In this document: positions 7,196 through 16,016 of the stretch, one piece after another
How the letters are laid out: the number at the start of each line of letters is the position of its first letter
How positions within the stretch are numbered: position 1 is the stretch's first letter
Source: Candidatus Dadabacteria bacterium
Lineage (GTDB): Bacteria > Desulfobacterota_D > UBA1144 > Nemesobacterales > CSP1-2
DNA: 16,016 nt
Assembly: GCA_040289575.1 (NCBI GenBank)
Contig: PSLL01000012.1
Location: 21,047-37,062, forward strand
Direction: 5' to 3'
The notes under the pieces: generated by a model
Told to the model about the DNA's origin: nothing
Database searches by the model: none
The model's input: the letters and a program-made list of their open reading frames with translations, nothing else
Position numbers and translations under genes: made by a program

Positions 7196-9949
7196 ATGAA
7201 AGGCGAAATAAATATATTAGGAGCAAGAGAGAATAATTTAAAGAATATAAACATCTCTATTCCCTGGCACAAGTACACTGTCATTACGGGCCTCAGCGGA
7301 TCTGGAAAATCGTCTCTTGCCCTTGATACCCTCTATGCCGAGGGGATGAGAAGGTATGTCGAGTGCCTTTCAACATATGCAAGACAATTCTTTGAACGCG
7401 TTGACCGTCCGGATATGGACGACATCACGGGACTTCCTCCCGTGATTGCAATTGAGAGCAGAAATCAGGTAAAAAATTCGCGCTCTACTGTAGGGACAAC
7501 CACTGAAATATACGACTATCTGAGGCTTCTCTTCGCAAAGATTGGGAGGATATTCTGTCCAAATTGCCAAATAGAGATAAAACGCCATTCGCCTCAGAGT
7601 ATATCAGAAGACCTGATTAAAAATAATAGGGATAAAAAAGCGCTCATAACGTTTCCCATTGGAGAAAATGGTATCTCCCCCCAAGAGTTAATGTCCAAGG
7701 GATTTATCAGGATAATCTATCAAGGAGAAGTGATTGAAGTTGAAGAACTCTCAATGATACCAGAGGGCTCTGAAGCCGTAGTGGATAGAATAGTTATTAA
7801 TAAAAACTCTTCGTCAAGGATTACAGATTCAATTGAAACGGCTTTTTCTGAGAGCAATTATATCAATGTCCATTTTGTTGACAGGAGTGTTCTGAAATAT
7901 TCAAGGGATCTCGAATGTCCGTACTGCCAAAGAAGATTCAATAAGCCAACCCCACTTCTATTTTCTTTTAATAGTCCGCAAGGAGCGTGTCCAGCCTGTC
8001 GCGGGTTTGGAAACATACTCGATATTGACCCGGACCTAGTAGTACCGAATCCCGAAAAGGGCCTAGCGCAGGGAGCGATTGAGCCTCTTACAAAGCCCTC
8101 TCTCAAAGATGAAATGAAAGAGCTGCTCCAATTTGCACGCAGAAAGGGAATAGACATAAACACGCCATTTAAAAGCCTCCCTGAAGATGCAAAAAAGTCT
8201 ATATTTGAGGGTGAGGGAAGATTTCCGGGCGTAAAGGGGTATTTCAGGTATTTGGAAGAGAAGAGCTATAAGCTTCACGTCAGGATTTTTCTCAGCAAAT
8301 ACAGATCGGCTTTTACATGTGGAAGTTGCAATGGGACTAGGCTAAGACCAGAAGCGCTCTGGGTGAAAGTAGAAGGCAAGAAAATCTCCGATATTGCCGA
8401 TATGCCGATAGAAGAATCGAGTATTTTTTTTCAGGGCTTAACTCTCAGTGACTATGAAGAGAAGATCGCAGGAGAGGTTCTAAAACAGATTAGATCAAGG
8501 ATTGATTTTCTACAGAAGGTGGGCCTTGGATACATTACACTCTCTCGGCTTACAAAGACACTTTCGGGCGGCGAAGCACAGAGGGTTGATCTCGCATGTC
8601 AGCTCGGGGCAAGCCTCTCTGAGGTTCTCTACATAATGGATGAGCCGTCAATCGGGCTTCATCCCAGGGATATTGACAAGCTGATTTCGATTATAAGGGA
8701 GTTAAGAGATAGAAACAACACAGTCGTAGTCGTTGAGCACGACTTTGATATGATACGTTCTGCCGACTACATAATCGAACTCGGTCCCCTTGCCGGAGAA
8801 AGAGGGGGAGAAGTTGTATATCAAGGCCCCACCGAGAAGTTTCTAAATAATTCTCATCAATCCATTACGAGACTCTATCTCACACAAAAAGAGAGAATTC
8901 CCATTCCTATAAAAAGGAGAAGGGAAAAAGAGAAAAACCTGACTGTTATTGGCACATCAGAGAACAACCTTAAAAACATCACAGTCTCATTTCCACTTGG
9001 GACCTTTGTATGCGTGACCGGGGTTTCTGGCTCCGGAAAAAGCTCTCTCGTCCATGACGTGGTCTACTCAAGCTTAGCCCGAATCTTCCACAGCGAATTA
9101 GAAAAGGTCGACAAATGCAGAGAAATCTCAGGCACATCCTATATTTCAGATGTCGTGATGCTTGACCAGACGCCGATAGGAAAAAGCTCAAGGTCAAATC
9201 CTGTGACATATATCAAGGCTTATGATGAAATCAGAAGGGTTATGTCAGATACATGGGAGGCACGTGCAAGGGGGTTTTCTGCCTCGCACTTCTCATTCAA
9301 TGTTCCAGGAGGCAGATGTGAGACCTGTCAGGGAGAAGGCAGACAAAAGATTGAGATGCATTTCCTTGCAGATATCTTCGTAACCTGTGAAGAGTGTCAT
9401 GGAAGGAGGTTTAAAAAGGAAGTGCTTGATGTCAGATACAAAGGGAAAAACGTCGCTGAGATACTCAATCTTACGATTGATGAGGGAATATGGTTTTTCT
9501 CAGACGTCCTGACACTTATCAGGAAATTAAAAATACTCCAAGATGTAGGGCTTGGATATTTAAGGCTTGGTCAGCCCGCCCCTACCCTTTCAGGTGGAGA
9601 GGCGCAGAGGATAAAAATCGCAAGAGAACTCGGAAGAAAGGATGGAAAAAACATCCTCTACATACTTGATGAACCCACTGTGGGACTCCACATAGAGGAC
9701 ATAAAAAAGCTCTTGAGGGTTCTAAATAGGCTAGTTGATGCAGGAAATACTGTGATTGTAGTTGAGCACAACCTCGATGTCATAAAATCCGCCGATTATA
9801 TAATAGACCTAGGTCCAGAGGGCGGCGAGAGAGGCGGATATATTATAGCCCAAGGTACACCGGAAGAGGTTGCCAAAATCAAAGAATCATATACAGGAAT
9901 ATATCTAAACAATGTCTTGCAACGACAAACTATAGCCGATCCTCTATAA
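7196..9949 (+). CDS. uvrA: Excinuclease ABC subunit A (probably a second-copy type)
   Basis: Two ABC ATPase domains (GLSGSGKS, GVSGSGKS; LSGGEAQR x2; DEPSIGLH, DEPTVGLH), CxxC zinc pairs, FSFN motifs and GARENNLKNI start. Confidence 0.96.
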   Translation: MKGEINILGARENNLKNINISIPWHKYTVITGLSGSGKSSLALDTLYAEGMRRYVECLSTYARQFFERVDRPDMDDITGLPPVIAIESRNQVKNSRSTVGTTTEIYDYLRLLFAKIGRIFCPNCQIEIKRHSPQSISEDLIKNNRDKKALITFPIGENGISPQELMSKGFIRIIYQGEVIEVEELSMIPEGSEAVVDRIVINKNSSSRITDSIETAFSESNYINVHFVDRSVLKYSRDLECPYCQRRFNKPTPLLFSFNSPQGACPACRGFGNILDIDPDLVVPNPEKGLAQGAIEPLTKPSLKDEMKELLQFARRKGIDINTPFKSLPEDAKKSIFEGEGRFPGVKGYFRYLEEKSYKLHVRIFLSKYRSAFTCGSCNGTRLRPEALWVKVEGKKISDIADMPIEESSIFFQGLTLSDYEEKIAGEVLKQIRSRIDFLQKVGLGYITLSRLTKTLSGGEAQRVDLACQLGASLSEVLYIMDEPSIGLHPRDIDKLISIIRELRDRNNTVVVVEHDFDMIRSADYIIELGPLAGERGGEVVYQGPTEKFLNNSHQSITRLYLTQKERIPIPIKRRREKEKNLTVIGTSENNLKNITVSFPLGTFVCVTGVSGSGKSSLVHDVVYSSLARIFHSELEKVDKCREISGTSYISDVVMLDQTPIGKSSRSNPVTYIKAYDEIRRVMSDTWEARARGFSASHFSFNVPGGRCETCQGEGRQKIEMHFLADIFVTCEECHGRRFKKEVLDVRYKGKNVAEILNLTIDEGIWFFSDVLTLIRKLKILQDVGLGYLRLGQPAPTLSGGEAQRIKIARELGRKDGKNILYILDEPTVGLHIEDIKKLLRVLNRLVDAGNTVIVVEHNLDVIKSADYIIDLGPEGGERGGYIIAQGTPEEVAKIKESYTGIYLNNVLQRQTIADPL

Positions 9950-10046
9950 ATGCCTTAGCCCTTTCTAGAATTCTATCATCAGGCAGGGTTGGATCAAGAA
10001 AGTATTCGTCAGATAAAACCCCAACCGCTATATCTCTAATCGCCAT
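9930..10046 (-). CDS. Small hypothetical protein (38 aa), MAIRDIAVGVLSDEYFLDPTLPDDRILERAKAFIEDRL
   Basis: ATG 10046 with GAGGG SD 7 nt upstream and a sigma54 promoter about 45 nt upstream. A paralogous fragment lies at 5498-5557. It overlaps the uvrA 3' end by 20 nt and is not in the supplied ORF track. Confidence 0.65.
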   Translation of the reverse strand: MAIRDIAVGVLSDEYFLDPTLPDDRILERAKAFIEDRL

Positions 10047-10088
10047 TGATAAGCCCTCACTTTAAATGGGTTTTATAATGGGCTACGA

Positions 10089-10106
10089 TTGCAAGTGCCG
10101 TGCCTA
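10089..10106 (-). promoter_or_regulatory. Sigma54 (-24/-12) promoter
   Basis: - strand TAGGCACGGCACTTGCAA has GG-N10-GC and is near the TGGCACG-N4-TTGCA consensus. It is divergent from a bEBP gene. Confidence 0.85.
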
Positions 10107-10224
10107 ACGTGAGCAAGAGACAACAATTAAAGGAAATCATAAAAAACCACAGAAAGATTCGATAATTAGGTTATTTTTATCCTCGGGTTTCTCAGTGTCA
10201 TGGAATAACCGGTTTTCCATAAGC

Positions 10225-10327
10225 GTCTACTTTGTTAACATACCAAATTCGGCTGGATGGCTTAAATTGATATATCGTGCTCATTGCAGCTGTAAACTCT
10301 GTTATTACTGTGTCAACAAAAGAGACA
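10225..10327. promoter_or_regulatory. Candidate upstream activator sequences (GTCAAC-N3-GTTGAC-like boxes)
   Basis: GTCTACTTTGTTAAC (10225-10239), GTAAACTCTGTTATT (10292-10306) and GTCAACAAAAGAGAC (10312-10326), about 120-220 bp upstream of the sigma54 promoter. Confidence 0.45.
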
Positions 10328-10414
10328 TCAGATGATTCCTCGATTAAAACAGAGAAAATCAAGATCGCTAAACTCAGATTCAGACAGCCAACGGGCCGCA
10401 TTAGCCAAATTCTG

Positions 10415-10444
10415 TTGACGTCAATTTGTCCCCCATGTTAAAAT
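10415..10444 (+). promoter_or_regulatory. Putative sigma70 promoter of the bEBP gene
   Basis: TTGACG-N18-TAAAAT with a TGn extended -10, about 30 nt before the start codon. Confidence 0.55.
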
Positions 10445-10470
10445 AGCCAAAACCCTCAGATGAAGGGTGG

Positions 10471-12011
10471 GTGATGCACTCTATTAAAAAACACATTCCG
10501 CACCAATCGAGCCAGATTCAAGAAAAACTCCCCGCAATACTAGAAATCTGTCAGAAGATGAGCGCAGAAAAGGAACTGGCGGCTCTTCTGAACCTAATAG
10601 CTAAAGAAGCCGCGAGGCTCATGGAGGCAGATCGGGCAAGCATCTTCCTTCTGGATCGAGATAAAAACGAGTTATGGTCAATAATAACACTTGACGGCAC
10701 GCAGATACGCTTTGATGCGCGCCTTGGGATTGCCGGGGCCGCTGCCCTGACCGGGCAGATAATAAACGTGAAAGACGCATACAAAGACCCGCGTTTCTAT
10801 AAGGGGATTGATGGACGCACAGGATACCGCACAAGGAGCCTGCTTGTCGTACCACTCAGGAATCAAGAAGGAAATGTCATTGGGACGTTTCAGGTACTAA
10901 ATAAAAAGAACGGGGTTTTCAATAAATACGATGAGGGAATATTAGAACTGTTGGGCAGCCAGGTATCAACCGCCATTGAAACAGTGCAATTGGTCGAAGA
11001 GTTAAACTGGCATCGCAATGAGCTTCTCCAGGAGAACACACAGCTATTGATGAAGGTCGAAAGGAGGTTCTCAACACAAAACATCCTTGGGACAAGTCCC
11101 CAAATTCAAAATACAGTGAGGTTGATTGAGCAGATCAGCGATAGCTCCGTCAATGTCCTGATTATGGGAGAGAGCGGAACGAGAAAGGAACTCGTTGCTA
11201 AAACGATTCACTATAACAGCCACGCGTCCGCCATCCCTTCGTCGCATTAAATTGCGCGGCTCTCCCCGAAAGCCTAGTAGAAAGTGAACTATTCGGGATT
11301 GAAAAAGGAGTAGCCACAGGCGTAGAGCGAAGGATTGGTAAGTTTGAGATGGCAAATGGCGGAACTCTATTTTTAGATGAGATTGGAGACCTGAGCCTCC
11401 CCGCACAAGCCAAAGTACTTCGCGTGCTCCAAGAAGGGGTGATAGAACGTGTGGGGGGAAGAAAAGAGATTCCCGTGGATATAAGGGTTCTCGCGGCAAC
11501 CAATAAGGATTTAGAGGCGGAGATAAAAAAAGGAAACTTCCGTAAAGACCTTTACTATCGCCTAAAGATAATCCACATTCAGATGCCTGCGCTAAGAGAA
11601 ATCCCGGAGGACATCCCACTCCTGGCGAATTATTTTCTGAGTAATTACTGCCGGGAGATGGGCAAAGAGCCTAAGAAACTAACTCCGGGAGCGCTCAGGT
11701 ATCTCATGAGCTATTCTTGGCCGGGAAATGTTAGGGAGCTGGAGAACAATATCAAGCGGCTTGTAGTTTTGACCCCGCGAAGGGTGATAACCGAAGCGGA
11801 TCTTCCGGAGGATATTCGCAGTGTCGGCGAGAGGACACCAATGTTAAGGACGCACTCATTTAAAGAGACAGTAGAGGAACTAGAGAAGCGCCTTATCTCA
11901 GAAGCCCTTCAAATGTGTCATCAAAACCAGCTACAGGCAGCAAAGGCTTTGGGACTCAGCCGCCAAGGGTTAATCAAGAAAATGAAGAGGTATGGCATTA
12001 GGACACCCTAA
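10471..12011 (+). pseudogene. GAF-AAA+-HTH sigma54 enhancer-binding protein, frameshifted
   Basis: GAF domain (ADRASIFLLD...DAYKDPRF...TRSLLVVPL). Adding one base at about 11221 restores [30 protein letters not shown] and joins the two ORFs. Walker A reads GESGTRKE; Walker [17 protein letters not shown] and the C-terminal HTH are present. Confidence 0.92.
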
Positions 12012-12051
12012 GTATTTCCCAAATCCGATTCTTAAAATCAGAGAGGTTTTC

Positions 12052-12079
12052 TTGACAATTCCTACCCTTCCCTTAATCT
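12052..12079 (+). promoter_or_regulatory. Putative sigma70 promoter for nuoABCD
   Basis: Perfect TTGACA, 16-nt spacer and TAATCT, ending 9 nt before the nuoA ATG. Confidence 0.45.
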
Positions 12080-12088
12080 ATTTATTAG

Positions 12089-12445
12089 ATGCTTACGGAC
12101 TATATTTCAATATTAATAATATTGATCCTTTCTGTAATTCTTGCCGGAGCACTCCTTGGAATCTCTTATATTTTTGGGCCCAAGAGGTACTCAAAGAGGA
12201 AACTCTCTCCTTATGAATGCGGCATTCCACCCGTAGGGGATGCGAGGGAGAGATTCTCAATCAGATATTATTTAATCGCCGCCCTCTTTATGCTCTTTGA
12301 TGTTGAGGCCGTATTCCTTTATGCCTGGGCTGTGGTATTTAAAGAACTCGGTGCTCTGGCATTCGTTGAGATTATAGCCTTCTTTGTCGTGATCTTGGGT
12401 GGCTATTTTTATATCCTTAAGAAGGAGGCTCTTGAATGGGAGTAA
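12089..12445 (+). CDS. nuoA: NADH-quinone oxidoreductase subunit A
   Basis: Three TM helices; [25 protein letters not shown] and ALEWE. Confidence 0.97.
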   Translation: MLTDYISILIILILSVILAGALLGISYIFGPKRYSKRKLSPYECGIPPVGDARERFSIRYYLIAALFMLFDVEAVFLYAWAVVFKELGALAFVEIIAFFVVILGGYFYILKKEALEWE

Positions 12446-12921
12446 ATATGAACTCCTTCCTGGGCGGAGACGGTTTTATCACAACGAAGATAAGCGAGTT
12501 TGCAAACTGGGCGAGGAAAAACAGCCTATGGCCTATGGCTTTTGGCACTGCCTGTTGCGCAATTGAAATGATGGGAGTTTTTGCATCCCGGTTTGACCTT
12601 TCGAGATTCGGAGCGGAGGTGGTGAGATTCTCGCCAAGGCAGTCAGACCTCATGATAGTCTCTGGCACTATAACCTATAAGATGGCATCCGTATGTAGAA
12701 AGATCTATGACCAGATGCCCGAGCCCAAATGGGTAATCGCAATGGGCTCGTGTACATGCGGCGGTGGTCCGTTCGATAGCTACGCCGTCGTCCAGGGCAT
12801 TGATGAATTTCTTCCCGTAGATGTCTATGTAGGTGGATGCCCACCAAGACCCGAGGCCCTGATTGATGCTGTGATGAAGATTCAGAAAAAAATCGAGATG
12901 CAAGGGGCACCGATTGTATGA
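12436..12921 (+). CDS. nuoB: NADH-quinone oxidoreductase subunit B
   Basis: [28 protein letters not shown] and GCPPRPE (N2 cluster ligands). AAGGAGG SD within nuoA. Confidence 0.98.
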   Translation: MGVNMNSFLGGDGFITTKISEFANWARKNSLWPMAFGTACCAIEMMGVFASRFDLSRFGAEVVRFSPRQSDLMIVSGTITYKMASVCRKIYDQMPEPKWVIAMGSCTCGGGPFDSYAVVQGIDEFLPVDVYVGGCPPRPEALIDAVMKIQKKIEMQGAPIV

Positions 12922-13433
12922 GCCTCGAATTGCAGACCGTGATCGATTCTATAAAAACAAATTTCTCCGATACAGTTCAGGACGTAAAAACCTTTAGAGG
13001 AGAAACTACGCTTTTAGTCAAAAAAGAGAAAATCCGAGAGATTTGTCGCCACCTCAAAACCGATTTTGATTTTAAATTCATAGCCGACATTACGGCTGTA
13101 GATTACCTTGAGAAGAAAACTCCCAGATTTGAGGTTGTATATTATCTCCACAGATTTGGTTCCGAATTTGATGAGAATATAAGAATTAGATTAAAGGTCG
13201 AGGTCTCCGAAGAAGATTCAAAGGTAGATTCCGTGACTCCAGTCTGGAGCGGCGCAAACTGGCTTGAGCGCGAGGTCTACGACATGTTCGGGATAGAGTT
13301 TGTAGGGCATCCCGATTTAAGAAGAATCCTAATGCCTGAGGATTATGAGGCTTTTCCCCTAAGAAAGGATTTTGATGTTAGAAATCGCGAGCCATCTAAA
13401 AGGAGTTTTGAAAGGGCCCTGAGAGAGGAATGA
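12918..13433 (+). CDS. nuoC: NADH-quinone oxidoreductase subunit C
   Basis: [39 protein letters not shown] and PLRKDF. ATGA overlap with nuoB. Confidence 0.97.
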   Translation: MSLELQTVIDSIKTNFSDTVQDVKTFRGETTLLVKKEKIREICRHLKTDFDFKFIADITAVDYLEKKTPRFEVVYYLHRFGSEFDENIRIRLKVEVSEEDSKVDSVTPVWSGANWLEREVYDMFGIEFVGHPDLRRILMPEDYEAFPLRKDFDVRNREPSKRSFERALREE

Positions 13434-13479
13434 ATTAAATCTAATGCAATTTACAGCAAATTACAGCTACTAATAAAAA

Positions 13480-14706
13480 ATGGAACGAGTTGAATTTCTT
13501 ACAGAGAAAGTAGACGAAAAAGAGGAAAGGATTCGAACTAAGACCATGATGATTAACATGGGTCCCCAGCATCCCTCTACCCACGGGGTTCTTCGTGTCG
13601 TGCTTCAACTAGAGGGAGAGGTTGTAGTAAAGGCTATCCCATACATTGGTTACCTCCACAGGGCAATTGAAAAACTCTGTGAGAACATAACCTATCAGCA
13701 GTGCATTCCATATACAGATAGGATGGATTATCTCGCATCAATCTGTAATAACATAGGTTTTATTCTCACCGTAGAAAAACTCCTGGGGATTGAAAAGGAA
13801 ATCCCAGAAAAGGCAAAGGTGGCAGAGGTAATTCTCTTTGAATTAGGGAGAATCGAATCACATCTTATCGGAATCGGAACGAATGCAATGGACTTAGGTG
13901 CGGTAAGCACATTTCTCTATTGCTTCAAAGAAAGGGAGAGGATTTATGACATACTTGAGATGGTCTGCGGGGCAAGGATGACAACATCATATCCAAGGGT
14001 TGGAGGATTGCCCGAGGACCTACCTGAGAACTTTGAAGAGGCAATAAGAAATTTTCTTAAAGCCTTTCCAAAGACCCTAGCCGAGATTGACAAGCTCCTC
14101 ACGAGGAATCGAATATGGGTTGATAGAACAAAGGGCGTTGCATACATAAGTGCCGATGATGCAATTGACCTGGGCCTTACAGGTCCGTCACTAAGGGGAA
14201 GCGGGATTCCCTATGATGTGAGAAAGGCAATGCCATATCTGGGATATGAAAACTACGATTTTGAAATCCCCATTTCTACAGATGGCGATGCCTATGCCCG
14301 CTATCTCTGCAGACTAGAGGAGATGCACCAGAGCCTCAGAATCATTGACCAGGCAATAAAGAATCTCCCGGATGGCCCTTATATAGCCGACCTTCCTCAA
14401 ATTGTTCTTCCCCCTAAAGAACTTGTCTACACGAGGATGGAGTCTCTTATAAGGCACTTTGTGATTGTGTATGAAGGGTTTAAGACCCCCCCTGGGGAGG
14501 TTTATCATGCCGTTGAAAATCCCAAGGGCGAGCTGGGCTACTACATAGTAAGCGACGGTTCAGGAAAACCCTACAGAATGCGCGTGAGAGGACCCTCATT
14601 TGTAAACCTCCAGGCGCTTCCCAAGATGGTCGAAGGCAGGCTACTTGCAGATGTCATTGCGGCAATCGGAAGCATTGACATAGTGCTTGGAGAGGTTGAT
14701 AGATAG
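13480..14706 (+). CDS. nuoD: NADH-quinone oxidoreductase subunit D
   Basis: NMGPQHPSTHGVLR, GYLHR, DRMDY, ENPKGELG and GSIDIVLGEVDR. No CxxC Ni ligands. Confidence 0.98.
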   Translation: MERVEFLTEKVDEKEERIRTKTMMINMGPQHPSTHGVLRVVLQLEGEVVVKAIPYIGYLHRAIEKLCENITYQQCIPYTDRMDYLASICNNIGFILTVEKLLGIEKEIPEKAKVAEVILFELGRIESHLIGIGTNAMDLGAVSTFLYCFKERERIYDILEMVCGARMTTSYPRVGGLPEDLPENFEEAIRNFLKAFPKTLAEIDKLLTRNRIWVDRTKGVAYISADDAIDLGLTGPSLRGSGIPYDVRKAMPYLGYENYDFEIPISTDGDAYARYLCRLEEMHQSLRIIDQAIKNLPDGPYIADLPQIVLPPKELVYTRMESLIRHFVIVYEGFKTPPGEVYHAVENPKGELGYYIVSDGSGKPYRMRVRGPSFVNLQALPKMVEGRLLADVIAAIGSIDIVLGEVDR

Positions 14707-14708
14707 TT

Positions 14709-14736
14709 GTATGGATGCATTGCAACACGCCCATAC
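14709..14736. repeat. 28-bp imperfect palindrome between convergent nuoD and eno (REP-like or terminator)
   Basis: GTATGGATGCATTGCAACACGCCCATAC has GTATGG/CCATAC arms around a central TTGCAA and fills almost the whole intergenic gap. Confidence 0.55.

Positions 14737-16016
<1,280 letters not shown>

Noticed and set aside
10198..10401. 67-aa minus-strand ORF in the regulatory region
   Set aside because: No SD or recognisable motif; it lies upstream of the sigma54 promoter over candidate enhancer boxes.
11349..12011. Independent 220-aa gene, or a programmed frameshift joining it to the upstream ORF
   Set aside because: It is the 3' part of the frameshifted bEBP. There is no slippery heptamer at about 11221, and Walker A is also mutated.
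13454..13473. Tandem 10-mer AATTTACAGC/AAATTACAGC between nuoC and nuoD
   Set aside because: Only two imperfect copies with no spacer; not CRISPR, and the nuoC and nuoD frames do not join.
12436..14706. Group 4 [NiFe]-hydrogenase interpretation
   Set aside because: The large subunit lacks both CxxC Ni-binding motifs and ends in GEVDR, as NuoD does.

Overview
Bacterial chromosomal window. Housekeeping genes are ligA (5'-truncated by the window edge), rlmB, an M23 peptidase, uvrA, nuoABCD and eno (its start ATG lies one base beyond the window end). Among them sit two related accessory modules, each a sigma54 enhancer-binding protein (bEBP) gene facing away from a minus-strand unit. Module 2 (9930-12011) has a GAF-AAA+-HTH bEBP with a frameshift and a Walker A G->R change, palindromic enhancer-like boxes and a near-consensus -24/-12 promoter. 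That promoter lies upstream of a 38-aa ORF absent from the ORF track. Module 1 (3595-5873) has a scrambled bEBP remnant and the 3' end of a paralog of that small ORF (26/33 nt identical). These are followed by a Cys/His-rich operon of uncharacterised proteins (DUF1059-like x2, DUF1326-like, DUF2182-like). The best candidate for an undescribed system is this sigma54-controlled small-protein plus metal-binding operon, which appears to be decaying here. Family assignments are from motif recognition, not database searches.
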